Shown here in pieces: positions 36,900 through 46,563 of a stretch of DNA of 64,000 nt. Made by a program: the position numbers and the translations under genes. The stretch is from the IMG/VR virus record IMGVR_UViG_3300033076_001048, positions 1 to 64,000 of that record, one strand, 5' to 3'. This DNA is from a virus (taxonomy: Duplodnaviria > Caudoviricetes). Position 1 is the first letter of the stretch. Every line of letters starts with the position of its first letter. The notes under the pieces were generated by a model, which saw only the letters and a list, made by a program, of their open reading frames with translations, searched no databases and was not told where the DNA came from.

Positions 36900-37366
36900 T
36901 CCACAAATATACGAATTTCCTGAAAATTTTCCAAAAATTTTTTTTTACATATAGGGGGTCTCTTTTAAGAAGGGGGTCGTGTTTTACCGTTCAGTAATAA
37001 TTTCCCCAAACCCCCATTATATACAACCATATATTCCCGTTCAGGAATATATCCCACTACAGGACTAAGGATAAGGGGTGGGGGAACCCAAACCGACCTT
37101 TCTAAAATTTTTTCCCAAAATTTTTTTTACGGGATTGTCCCCCCTTTTTTTATCCACAACCCCTATATAAGGGGGGATACGGGAGGGGGGACCCCCACCC
37201 ACAGGGGGTAATAGGGGGGGTTTATGGACCATTTTAAGGGGTCCCTCCCCATTTAAGAGGTTTTTTAAAATACCCCTCCTCTAATGGGTTATAAAGGGGG
37301 GTGTCATAGTGTCATGTTAATAACTTTATTTTTTTATTAACTTTTTTTTACAGGTAGGGAAGGGGA

Positions 37367-37528
37367 TTTGGTAATGTCAAAAAAAAGTCGTATCTTTGTA
37401 TTGTAATAATGATTCAGTTCAGTTACGGGCGGGAAACAGTTTGTTTCGTGGGGGGTTCTAAGGGAACCTGCTTTATAAAAAAAATATAAAGATTTATTTG
37501 GTCCCTTCGGGAATTTTTTGTATCTTTG
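37367..37528 (+). promoter_or_regulatory. Tandem consensus Bacteroidota promoters
   Basis: TTTG-N20-TATCTTTG at 37367-98 and 37497-528. Confidence 0.8.
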
Positions 37529-37532
37529 TATT

Positions 37533-37949
37533 ATGATTCGTAGTAGTAGAACATATATAGGTGACCTTAAGCCCCGACACTTAAAGAAGGTGTGCGACAT
37601 GACCCTTGCATGGTGTGTGAAAACTATGGGGTATAAGAAGTACAAAGGAACCCCCACCCTTAGAGTAAGTCTTGCTAAGGTGGAGTCTGAGGACTGTTAT
37701 GGTTACTACTGCCCCTTCCTTAATGAGATTGTTCTATATAAGGAGACCTTGAAGGATTATACCGTCCGTAAACTCATCATGGTTATCATCCATGAATATA
37801 CCCACTCCCTTCAGAAGGTGAGACAGTCATATGGTAAGATGTATGACAAGTTTGGTTATTGGAAACACCCTATGGAAATTGAAGCTCGTAAGTCAGAATC
37901 CACGTGGAACATATGTTACAAGGACATTAAAGGTGACCTCCTAAAGTAG
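37533..37949 (+). CDS. HExxH Zn metallopeptidase-like protein
   Basis: IIHEYTHSLQ...P.EIEA. Confidence 0.75.
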   Translation: MIRSSRTYIGDLKPRHLKKVCDMTLAWCVKTMGYKKYKGTPTLRVSLAKVESEDCYGYYCPFLNEIVLYKETLKDYTVRKLIMVIIHEYTHSLQKVRQSYGKMYDKFGYWKHPMEIEARKSESTWNICYKDIKGDLLK

Positions 37950-38773
37950 GGGGAACATAATAGTGGGGTTATCACACCCATTATTTATCCACCTGACATC
38001 ATGTCATATGTGGATAACAGTATAGTGAGGGGGAAATATGTTGAAAACTTTTCATTAAAATATTTGGAAATGTCAAAATGTCAGTCGCTCTTTCGCCACT
38101 ACACAATCCCTTTGAAGGGTTATGGTTCCCCCACTTTTCCCCACCTTTACTTAATACTGTAGTAACAATTCCCCTTCCTGATATCGCCATAAAGGATATG
38201 GGTAAAAAATCCCCTCTGATGATAGCAATAATAAAGGTTTTTTTACTATAGGTAATTTCCAGCAAATAGTAGGTGCACTAAACACTAGGCGGGTGAGACG
38301 TAGTCCTTTGACCTTTTGTTAATCCCCTTCAACGTATAAGTTGTTATATATGACACAAATACACCATTAATTGTCCCTTATATGACCCATTATACTATGA
38401 CACTTCAACGGTCATTATATATTGTGGGAACATGTGGGACATTATATATAGAACCAACTAAACCTATGGGTTTATTTATGATGAACATATAAGTCCCTGT
38501 TAGAACACCCCTTCACAATGGTCCACAAAACTATATGTATTTACATATGAAATAACATAACCTACGGTTAATACGAGCATATACATATAAACATATCTCA
38601 CATGGACCATAGTATCTAACCATTATATGTCATCTCACATGGTGGGGACATTATTAGGTGGGGGACTTATAATGGGGTATTATTAGGTTGTAGACTTATA
38701 GCCATACAGATTACCGTAATGTAGTTTACAGTAGTTAGTTTATAGTAAACATGGTACTGTAAACAGACAAGGG

Positions 38774-38841
38774 AAATAATTTAGTTGTGAACCGAATGTG
38801 TGAGTGTAACGAACACCCTGAGGTGAACAAATGAATTATTT
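38774..38841. repeat. 68-bp direct repeat, copy 1, with imperfect terminal inverted repeats
   Basis: Identical to 40783-40850. Confidence 0.9.
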
Positions 38842-38843
38842 AC

Positions 38844-39374
38844 CTAACTAACTATTCCTATCTTTACGGGACCTAATAAATTAAGTATCTTAAGTAATGG
38901 TCCTGTTTGGAAATTAGTCTTCTTCCCTTGTTCTATATCACGTACTACTTTTAATCCTACACCCGCTTTCTCAGATAAGTCTACTTGAGTTAGTTTCATT
39001 TTCTTTCGTTTATTAATAATAAACATTCTAATCTCATATAGTGGGTCTTCTTCCACATCCATTTTTACCTCTAATAACAACGCAGGGTCAATTCCTTTCT
39101 GATTTAGTAGTTGGACCCCCTTTGATAGATAGTAGTTAATCCAAAACGTTTCTTTTGCGTCTAAGAACTTATCATCCACATCATGTTCTACTATGTAAAC
39201 CTGTGGTTCTTTATTACGTTGTTTAACAGATTTAACCCATCTATTAACTTTCTCTGAGTGCGACTTTTCATCTATATGTAGAAATGGTCTTTCTACCCCA
39301 TTAACTGATTTACCCACATACACAGGTTTCTTTGTGATAGGACAATTTAATACGTAAATGATATTTGATTTCAT
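38844..39374 (-). CDS. GIY-YIG-like nuclease fused to an XRE HTH
   Basis: IIYVL...YVGKS...R...E.FWI...N; LTQVDLSEKAGVG...IEQGK. Confidence 0.8.
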   Translation of the reverse strand: MKSNIIYVLNCPITKKPVYVGKSVNGVERPFLHIDEKSHSEKVNRWVKSVKQRNKEPQVYIVEHDVDDKFLDAKETFWINYYLSKGVQLLNQKGIDPALLLEVKMDVEEDPLYEIRMFIINKRKKMKLTQVDLSEKAGVGLKVVRDIEQGKKTNFQTGPLLKILNLLGPVKIGIVS

Positions 39375-39486
39375 AGTTATTATATCTTAAAAGGATTATA
39401 CATTATAAATATACGTGTATTTATAAAAAACTATACTTAAAAGATATAATTATTAATGTTTTTAATAATGTTTGTATTTATATAAC

Positions 39487-40011
39487 GTGGGGAAACGTAT
39501 TATTATATCCGAATCAGAAAAAAAGAATATATTATCATTATATGAAACAACTAATGTTATCATTAGACCATTTAATCCTAATACTGATTTTGAATTAATA
39601 TATAATAATTTAAATTTAGTGTATCATATGGTTGGTATGAGTAATGAGGAAATACTTGAAGAAATAAAACCAATTGATACTAATAATAGTATTGTTATTG
39701 AAGTTGGTGGTAATTTAGCCGGCTTTTATTTTTTAAGACCTAAAACTATACCTGAAAAAGTTAACCCTGAATTATATAGTGAATTAAAAAACTTATCAGG
39801 TGTTGAAGGTGTTGCTCTCGGTGTATTTCCTGAATATAAAAATATGGGTATTGGTAAAAAATTAATTGAATACCCTAAAAACATGGGATATGATTATATT
39901 TGGGGTTATCAATACGAATCATTAAAGAACTTAAAAGATTGGTTAAAAAGACGAAAGTATTATGGGTTTGATAATGATGAAAATGCCCATGTAACTTATC
40001 AGGTTTTTTAA
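39487..40011 (+). CDS. Leader-family GNAT acetyltransferase
   Basis: GTG start, KRIIISESE leader; VFPEYKNMGIGKKL acetyl-CoA motif A. Confidence 0.8.
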   Translation: MGKRIIISESEKKNILSLYETTNVIIRPFNPNTDFELIYNNLNLVYHMVGMSNEEILEEIKPIDTNNSIVIEVGGNLAGFYFLRPKTIPEKVNPELYSELKNLSGVEGVALGVFPEYKNMGIGKKLIEYPKNMGYDYIWGYQYESLKNLKDWLKRRKYYGFDNDENAHVTYQVF

Positions 40012-40742
40012 TTGAAATTATACCCAAAACCGATATTGATTCCACCGTTGGAATCATAACCAAGTGAGAATTGACCTTTATCATTAATTGGGAACTCAAC
40101 AGCAAAGTTTACGTTTAATTTAAGAACATATAAATTTACAGGTACTTCTTCTGTATACTCATTAACTTTACCATTTCCAACAACCACAAACACACCACTT
40201 GGTTGTGCAATTACTCCCCACTCATCATAGTATTTTGATACACTGAATTGGTTTGACCAATAATCATGTTTGGTTGTACCAATCTCTTGTTGATTGTATA
40301 CACCCCCACCCAATCTAAATCTTGTATTTTTAATTGGGAAAACAACACCAACGTTAACAACACATTTTGATACAACTTTTTTAGTTTCCCATCTTTCAAC
40401 AGTATTAACACAAGTACCTGTTTCTAACAACCTGTTTCCCCATTCTTTAGTTGTAAACATTTGAGTTGGTGGTGCTTGTTCGTAGTAAGTTCCGTTTTTT
40501 GTATACCAATTAACTGTAGATGTGAAATTACCATCAGTTTTGTAATTGGTTTTGTTATCAAATCCTAATGTTTTCTCAAGTAAATTGGTTCCTGTGTTCA
40601 CATAAACACCAAAACCTTTTTCTGATTTATATTCTAAACCAATTGTGTTCATTCCTCTGAAATTATTTTCCTGAAACACAGTTACTTGTCCTGTCAAATT
40701 TTGTAATAAAAAGAATGAGATGATGATTAATAGGTTTTTCAT
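40008..40742 (-). CDS. Secreted/outer-membrane beta-rich protein
   Basis: Signal peptide; terminal GFGYNF strand; TATATTTG at 40747-54. Confidence 0.7.
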   Translation of the reverse strand: MKNLLIIISFFLLQNLTGQVTVFQENNFRGMNTIGLEYKSEKGFGVYVNTGTNLLEKTLGFDNKTNYKTDGNFTSTVNWYTKNGTYYEQAPPTQMFTTKEWGNRLLETGTCVNTVERWETKKVVSKCVVNVGVVFPIKNTRFRLGGGVYNQQEIGTTKHDYWSNQFSVSKYYDEWGVIAQPSGVFVVVGNGKVNEYTEEVPVNLYVLKLNVNFAVEFPINDKGQFSLGYDSNGGINIGFGYNFN

Positions 40743-40782
40743 AATACAAATATACTAAAAATACTTAACATTGCAATAAGGA

Positions 40783-40850
40783 AAATAATTTAGTTGTGAA
40801 CCGAATGTGTGAGTGTAACGAACACCCTGAGGTGAACAAATGAATTATTT
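40783..40850. repeat. 68-bp direct repeat, copy 2
   Basis: Identical to 38774-38841. Confidence 0.9.
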
Positions 40851-40883
40851 TATATATACAAATTTTATTCTTATCTTTGTAAT

Positions 40884-41183
40884 ATGAAAGAAATGATGTT
40901 TGAGTTTTTGAATAACTTTTATCCTGACGTATTTCTTCTTAGGACTAAGTTTGGTATTATCCCTCGATATGGTATTAAGGGTGATTATGCCATTGGTGAG
41001 GTTAAACGTAAACACATTAAAATGTTATGTAATTTCTTTTCTTCTGATTTGGATTATTGTACAGATGTATATGAAGAATGGTTGAATAATAAACCTGTGT
41101 GTGTTCGTTTGAAGAATTCTACTAATGAAGATACATTTGTGGTTGAATCAGATTTAATGATTACACCAACAACTTTATCTTAA
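40884..41183 (+). CDS. Hypothetical protein
   Basis: TATCTTTG at 40872. Confidence 0.7.
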   Translation: MKEMMFEFLNNFYPDVFLLRTKFGIIPRYGIKGDYAIGEVKRKHIKMLCNFFSSDLDYCTDVYEEWLNNKPVCVRLKNSTNEDTFVVESDLMITPTTLS

Positions 41184-41233
41184 ATCTTTCTGACTTCGGC
41201 TACGGTTTATCTCCTACCCCTTTTTAAGTTATT

Positions 41234-41314
41234 CTATACGGTCAATAAAAATATAATCATCCCCACAAATAGTATAAGTCCTGCAATAAATAAGTTTCTT
41301 AGTGTTTTTTCCAT
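41234..41314 (-). CDS. Tiny TM peptide (26 aa) between repeats
   Basis: MEKTLRNLFIAGLILFVGMIIFLLTV*; TAAATTTG at 41319-26. Confidence 0.5.
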   Translation of the reverse strand: MEKTLRNLFIAGLILFVGMIIFLLTV

Positions 41315-41413
41315 ATTACAAATTTAAGACATTTCTCTGACAATACAAAATCTTTCTGACTTCGGCTACGGTTTATCCCCTACCCCTTTTTAACTATCAT
41401 TGTATTTATATTA

Positions 41414-41851
41414 ATGGCCAAAGAAAAATTATACAATGATGTCCCCAAACTTATATTGGAACACTATGACATGTTCATGGACTCTCGTATAACCGTTAGA
41501 ACAAAAGGGAAATCTCATACTCTTATTATTTATAATTGGATTGTTTTTACACCAAAAGAAATAAATGAATTCACACCAAAAAGGGTTAACTTTTATAGTA
41601 AGTATAAGGTGGACATTTTGGATGATTTGTTTGATTTATCATATGAGGATGCCACGTATATTAGAAGTTCTGAAATGCCGTTATTGAAATACGTTCAGGG
41701 AGAATATTATTTGGATGAATTCTGTGAGAAGTTGTCACATGATAAAGTTGATGAAATTATAGATGATTACTTAAAAGGTAAAGTTACTGTAAAACCAATT
41801 TTTACAATAGGTAATACAATCCATACCAATTATGATAGAAACAACTTCTAA
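41414..41851 (+). CDS. Hypothetical protein
   Basis: TATTTATA at 41403. Confidence 0.7.
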   Translation: MAKEKLYNDVPKLILEHYDMFMDSRITVRTKGKSHTLIIYNWIVFTPKEINEFTPKRVNFYSKYKVDILDDLFDLSYEDATYIRSSEMPLLKYVQGEYYLDEFCEKLSHDKVDEIIDDYLKGKVTVKPIFTIGNTIHTNYDRNNF

Positions 41852-41923
41852 ATCTTTCTGACTTCGGCTACGGTTAATCCCCTACCCCTTTTTTATCCAA
41901 CAAATTATTATTACCTTTGTGGT

Positions 41924-42433
41924 ATGAATTTATCTGATTTATCATTTGACGAACTTCTTGAGTTAAAAAACCGTGTTGACAGTATGGTTCAATCATATAA
42001 GGACGGTTATGTTTATATCTGTAAGGTTCGCTCTTATGGTAGGAATTGGACGGAGAATGTTAATAATATTAACGAACTCCAAGAGTTGTGTTATCGTTAT
42101 GATGGTCAAGATGGTATTGTGGATGTTTATTCTACCAACCCCGATTTAAGTTCCATAGACAACTATGGTGATTTGAGGTATATTGAATCTGTTGAGGATT
42201 ATGAGAAATGGTATAACTATGAACAGTTAACACGTCTTGTACCTAAAATTAAAAATGAATTGGATAAATGGGATAACAGGGACAATGTATCATTTAATCA
42301 ACGTCCATTGTTTTCACCAACATATACTCGTGATGACTTGGCTAAATATGAACGTAAGTTGAGTGAGTGTGATATGTCATTTACTCTTCCTCGCAGTTAT
42401 AGAGGTGTCTCTATATCAGGTTACGATGACTAA
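41924..42433 (+). CDS. Hypothetical protein
   Basis: TACCTTTG at 41912. Confidence 0.75.
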   Translation: MNLSDLSFDELLELKNRVDSMVQSYKDGYVYICKVRSYGRNWTENVNNINELQELCYRYDGQDGIVDVYSTNPDLSSIDNYGDLRYIESVEDYEKWYNYEQLTRLVPKIKNELDKWDNRDNVSFNQRPLFSPTYTRDDLAKYERKLSECDMSFTLPRSYRGVSISGYDD

Positions 42434-42441
42434 CACTAAAA

Positions 42442-43194
42442 CTATTTTTTCTTAATCTTTACACAGTTTGGATATCTTTTACCAAACATTGTCTTCATAC
42501 CTTTTTGTGTGTAACCTGTCCAACATCTTTCAGTTAGTTCACCCTCAGTTTGAATCTCTTTAACCTTATCTAAATTCTCAGATGGAATTGATTTAACAAC
42601 AGAGAAGTTATATCCCCATCTATTTCCTTCTTCACCAATATTACGCAATTTTAATGGTCGGCTTTTATGTCTTCCTGTAAATGTATTATCAGGATAATCA
42701 TTAATATTATCTAATTTCTTTTTAATCTCATCCCAATCAACATCAATCCAATTACCATACTCTGTTATCATATCACTAAAGGAATCAAATCCTTCGGCAA
42801 ATCCTCTCCATCCACTATTGTAATATGGTTTGTCATGTTTAACAAAGATATATTTAATCCCTAATGGATTTTTATCTTCCTCAGCATCTCTTTGTCTCTT
42901 CTCAAAGTATTGCCTTAATTCTTCAGTGTATCTGTTTTTTAGATACTCTTTAATTCCATCCCAAATTTTATAATACTCAACAGTGTCTAAGTCTTCATAT
43001 TCACGTGGCATAATATCATACATTGCGATTTGAATTGTTGCGTCAATGCTATCTTCAATAGGATTGTCTTTTTTAAACTTTCCGATTTTTATTCTGTCAA
43101 TTAGTGTATCAATTTCACCAAAGTTAAGTCTACGTCTTAATTGTGAATTAATCTCTTCCCTCAATATTCTTTTTATGGTTTCCTGTAGTTTCAT
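42442..43194 (-). CDS. Leader-family multi-module protein ending in a CWxGY...PNCV minidomain
   Basis: MKLQETIKRILREE; LRRRL module; ELTE-RCWTGY...KRYPNCV. Confidence 0.8.
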   Translation of the reverse strand: MKLQETIKRILREEINSQLRRRLNFGEIDTLIDRIKIGKFKKDNPIEDSIDATIQIAMYDIMPREYEDLDTVEYYKIWDGIKEYLKNRYTEELRQYFEKRQRDAEEDKNPLGIKYIFVKHDKPYYNSGWRGFAEGFDSFSDMITEYGNWIDVDWDEIKKKLDNINDYPDNTFTGRHKSRPLKLRNIGEEGNRWGYNFSVVKSIPSENLDKVKEIQTEGELTERCWTGYTQKGMKTMFGKRYPNCVKIKKK

Positions 43195-43198
43195 AATA

Positions 43199-43618
43199 TT
43201 AATATCCACCTTTTGAACTTATAAATATTATTCTTTTTCCCTCACCATATTTCCAAGAAAAATAATTCTTAACATAATCTTCTCTTATTCTTATATCAAG
43301 TGGAATGTATTGTGTTAAGTCATCAACAAATTTATTTGAGTCAATATCTTCTTGAATCCATAATGTGTTTATTTCAGGTTTTCTATCATAATAAGCTCTA
43401 CTAATGTCGGCAATTTCATCACCATTAGAATTGTAAAGTACTATCGCATCCAAGTCCCTATCATCATTACCCTGTTTCTCAGTTCTAATCTCACCATATT
43501 TCATACGTATCATATCTTCTATAAGACTGTACATTTCTTCATCAACTTTTGGGCTGATGAATCTTGGTGGATTTGTTTCCTCCCTTAATACTTTTCTTAT
43601 TGACTCTTGTAAACTCAT
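43199..43618 (-). CDS. Leader-family protein (MSLQESIRKVLREE)
   Basis: Leader plus TATTTATT upstream. Confidence 0.8.
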   Translation of the reverse strand: MSLQESIRKVLREETNPPRFISPKVDEEMYSLIEDMIRMKYGEIRTEKQGNDDRDLDAIVLYNSNGDEIADISRAYYDRKPEINTLWIQEDIDSNKFVDDLTQYIPLDIRIREDYVKNYFSWKYGEGKRIIFISSKGGY

Positions 43619-43641
43619 TTATAATAAATACTCAGATATTA

Positions 43642-43681
43642 TCTTTGTGATACCGGCAACTGATAAACCCCTACCCCTTTT
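43642..43681 (+). repeat. Diverged copy of the ~42-bp motif
   Basis: TCTTTGTGATACCGGCAACTGATAAACCCCTACCCCTTTT. Confidence 0.7.
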
Positions 43682-43707
43682 GAAATATTTTTATTATATT
43701 TGCCGTT

Positions 43708-44148
43708 ATGAAAGAATTCACATATGTTGATGAGAATTTTCAACGGTTACAATCAAAAAATGGTGTCATAGAATTTGACCCTCAATTACGTGAAAAATTT
43801 AATTTTATCACTGAAGAGTTGTATGCTAAATATGAAAGAATTATATCACTCAACACGTTTGAGGAAAGAATAAATAAAATGTCCAACTATAGATGGGATT
43901 ACATCAAGGTATATTTGACTTTAGAAATTTTAGATACTTCTGGCAAATATGGAACAAACTCTTTTTTAATATCAAATGAAATTTTTTCATTAATGAAATA
44001 TTGTAGTATCAAATGGTTAGAAACACCAAATTATAGTACAAGTTTTTTACCTCCACACCAACATATTAGTAACATTCGTATCCCATATGTGATGTATTCC
44101 AAAGAAAAAATTATTGAGCCATCATATAAATTTGATTTATTTCTTTAA
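43708..44148 (+). CDS. Hypothetical protein
   Basis: TATATTTG at 43695. Confidence 0.7.
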   Translation: MKEFTYVDENFQRLQSKNGVIEFDPQLREKFNFITEELYAKYERIISLNTFEERINKMSNYRWDYIKVYLTLEILDTSGKYGTNSFLISNEIFSLMKYCSIKWLETPNYSTSFLPPHQHISNIRIPYVMYSKEKIIEPSYKFDLFL

Positions 44149-44167
44149 GATTTCATATTTATCTAAA

Positions 44168-44530
44168 ATGAAAATTATCATAAATGAATCTCAGTATAAT
44201 GAAATCCTTAATGAACATGAATTAAAGTTCAGAAGGATTTATAAAAAGATTCAAGACTATTTCTTACGTAAGATGGAGGATTATATTCCTTGTAATTACA
44301 ACTATGAAGATGGTGTTTATGATTTTTTTGCCGATGTTAGAGGAATAACTATTGAAAGGTTTTTGGATGAGTTGTATGGTATTCAATGGGGTGACAATGA
44401 TGGTAACAATGAAGAGTTTTTTGATTTACATGATTCCTTATCAGATATGTTATATGAAACTGAATTTGAATATGTTAAATCATATTACAATGCTTGGATA
44501 AAAGAACATTGTCCAAAAGAAAAAAATTAA
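44168..44530 (+). CDS. Leader-family protein (MKIIINESQ)
   Basis: Leader plus KFRR module. Confidence 0.8.
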   Translation: MKIIINESQYNEILNEHELKFRRIYKKIQDYFLRKMEDYIPCNYNYEDGVYDFFADVRGITIERFLDELYGIQWGDNDGNNEEFFDLHDSLSDMLYETEFEYVKSYYNAWIKEHCPKEKN

Positions 44531-44615
44531 TATACATGAAAGTTAATAAAGATTTGTTAGGATATTTTATATCGATGATTATATTGTCATCTATAATACT
44601 TTGGGTTATTATATA

Positions 44616-44894
44616 ATGGAAATTACTAAACGTTCAATAGAAGATTTGTTAAACAATTTGGTTAAACCGATGTTTGATGGTATAATTAAAATTGAAGTTG
44701 TTAGTTTATCATTATTTGACGGTATTGGTTCTGAATTATATCCTGTAATTGATGTTATATTTGATAAAGAATCGTTTTTTGCTGTTGACGATACAAATGA
44801 ATTAGAGAATAAAGTTTCTCGAGAAGTTAGACTAACTCTTAGGTATTTTAACATCCACAATTCAATCGTAGATGTTTATGCAATGAGTGACTAA
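44616..44894 (+). CDS. Hypothetical protein
   Basis: ORF track. Confidence 0.65.
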   Translation: MEITKRSIEDLLNNLVKPMFDGIIKIEVVSLSLFDGIGSELYPVIDVIFDKESFFAVDDTNELENKVSREVRLTLRYFNIHNSIVDVYAMSD

Positions 44895-44898
44895 CTAA

Positions 44899-45255
44899 TT
44901 ACTTATTTGGAAAATCCCACTTTACAAAGGTAAAGCTTGAGTTTGGTGATATAGTTAAATTACTGAAATATTTATTGATTTCATGAACAATAAATGAAGT
45001 TATAAACATTTTATTATATTGACTTATGTAACCTTCACCATACACCTTAAAATGTGGATATAAATTACCTGTGTGTTCATTAAAATCTAATCTATCATCC
45101 AAAGTAATTCCATGAATTTTGAATGAATAATAACCATCATCTAAATTTTGTTCAGAATATTTATTCAGTAATTTATCTTGAATGACATCTTCCAAAAACA
45201 TTTTCATTATGGGAATGAATTGTTCTTTTTTAATTAGAATTTCTTTTGGTTCCAT
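44899..45255 (-). CDS. Hypothetical protein
   Basis: ORF track. Confidence 0.65.
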   Translation of the reverse strand: MEPKEILIKKEQFIPIMKMFLEDVIQDKLLNKYSEQNLDDGYYSFKIHGITLDDRLDFNEHTGNLYPHFKVYGEGYISQYNKMFITSFIVHEINKYFSNLTISPNSSFTFVKWDFPNK

Positions 45256-45256
45256 A

Positions 45257-45589
45257 TTAATAGTTTCTATGTGTTTTAGACCATAGTTTTTCTAATTGTT
45301 TAATGTGATTATCAAAAACATAAACTTTAACGTAATCTTCTATGACATAAAACTCATCTGTAAATCTTCGGATATCATTACTTAACCAACCTTGATAAAA
45401 ACGTTCAAACAATTCATGAATAAAATTAAAAATAAACCTTTGTTTGTTTTTATATCTATGAACATATTTTTTAGCCGAGTTAAATTCATAGTCATAATAA
45501 TCATCAAGATGACTAACATATCTTCTAGCTTTAATTGGAATTGTAGTTTCCTCCTTTAATATTCTCTTTATTGATTCCTGTAAACTCAT
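45257..45589 (-). CDS. Leader-family protein (MSLQESIKRILKEE)
   Basis: Leader. Confidence 0.8.
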   Translation of the reverse strand: MSLQESIKRILKEETTIPIKARRYVSHLDDYYDYEFNSAKKYVHRYKNKQRFIFNFIHELFERFYQGWLSNDIRRFTDEFYVIEDYVKVYVFDNHIKQLEKLWSKTHRNY

Positions 45590-45960
45590 TTTAAATGTCT
45601 ATTTGCAATCATTTTTATTGAGTCCATAATGTCTTCGTCGGTTGAAAATGGATTACTACTTCTTGGTTCGTCGTCAGTTGGACTGCTTGATGGTCTATCA
45701 TCAATTACACTACTATCGGTAAATTGTCCTGTTGCATTATCCCCACCATTGTTTCCTCGTCCCCTAACTAATTTAGAAATTATGATGTAATCTTGTAATA
45801 ACTCTTTATTCTCTTTTACAATCTCAGAACAACTGTTGTAGTCAGATGTTAAATATGTTGTAATGATTGATGTTAGTGACGTGAATACCAATAATAAAAT
45901 CAAAACAAATAACTTTTGTTTTGAATTAAACTCTTTTAATATGTTTGTGATAAATTCCAT
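45586..45960 (-). CDS. Single-TM protein with a periplasmic tail
   Basis: MEFITNILKE...FVLILLLVF TM segment. Confidence 0.7.
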   Translation of the reverse strand: MEFITNILKEFNSKQKLFVLILLLVFTSLTSIITTYLTSDYNSCSEIVKENKELLQDYIIISKLVRGRGNNGGDNATGQFTDSSVIDDRPSSSPTDDEPRSSNPFSTDEDIMDSIKMIANRHLK

Positions 45961-45964
45961 TACG

Positions 45965-46081
45965 TTAAAAAGAAAAACACTTATTATGTTTTCTAATTTT
46001 AACAGTATTATAATCTGCCGTGTGTGTTGTCTTACAACCAACAAATAATAATACAATTAAGATTATGAAAAGTTTTCTCAT
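45965..46081 (-). CDS. Tiny lipoprotein (38 aa)
   Basis: MRKLFIILIVLLFVGC lipobox; TATTTATA at 46085-92. Confidence 0.6.
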   Translation of the reverse strand: MRKLFIILIVLLFVGCKTTHTADYNTVKIRKHNKCFSF

Positions 46082-46092
46082 ATCTATAAATA

Positions 46093-46458
46093 CTAATAAT
46101 TGTAATTGAATATCTTACACTCGGGATTTAAATTTGTTAAGTCAGGAAATGTTACATCACCAATCAGATTATTATCTATATGTGATATGTGTAATTCAGT
46201 AAACATGTGACAATATTTTTCATATGTTTTTTTACCACCAATACACCAATCAACATCAAATTTATATTCACCTCGTGTATCAATTATTAGTCCCCTATTT
46301 GGGAGTACAGGTAGTTCACTGAAAGTGTTATACCCCACAAGTAATATTCCACCATCAGTTAGTCTCTTAAAGTGTTTTAAATCTTCTTTATTGTGCCAAA
46401 GGAGAGTATTATTTTTACCTATGAATCCAAGATTATTTACCGCAATTATCGCTTTCAT
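46093..46458 (-). CDS. folA: Dihydrofolate reductase (compact)
   Basis: IIAVNNLGFIGKNNTLLW...EDLKHFKRLT...VG..TF...LPNR, CIGGKK, GDVTFP. Confidence 0.88.
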   Translation of the reverse strand: MKAIIAVNNLGFIGKNNTLLWHNKEDLKHFKRLTDGGILLVGYNTFSELPVLPNRGLIIDTRGEYKFDVDWCIGGKKTYEKYCHMFTELHISHIDNNLIGDVTFPDLTNLNPECKIFNYNY

Positions 46459-46563
46459 GTTGTTCAGATAAAATTTGTCTTCCTCTCCTTGATATAATAC
46501 TGTGCGCGTCATGATTAAATAACGAACCAAACAATGGAAATGGTAATGCCAAGTATAATAGTC

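Larger units (their letters stand above)
36912..38773. other. Mostly non-coding origin/terminus-like region
   Basis: G/C homopolymer runs; DnaA-box 9-mers at 37150-58 and 38009-17; palindrome 37985-38017; only one credible gene. Confidence 0.5.
41185..41894 (+). repeat. Three near-identical ~41-bp intergenic repeats (41185, 41351, 41853)
   Basis: TCTTTCTGACTTCGGCTACGGTTWATCYCCTACCCCTTTT. Confidence 0.9.

Noticed and set aside
37337-38265. ORFs 37337-37657(-) and 37999-38265(-)
   Set aside because: Atypical composition, overlap promoters or a real gene, no motif; treated as non-coding.
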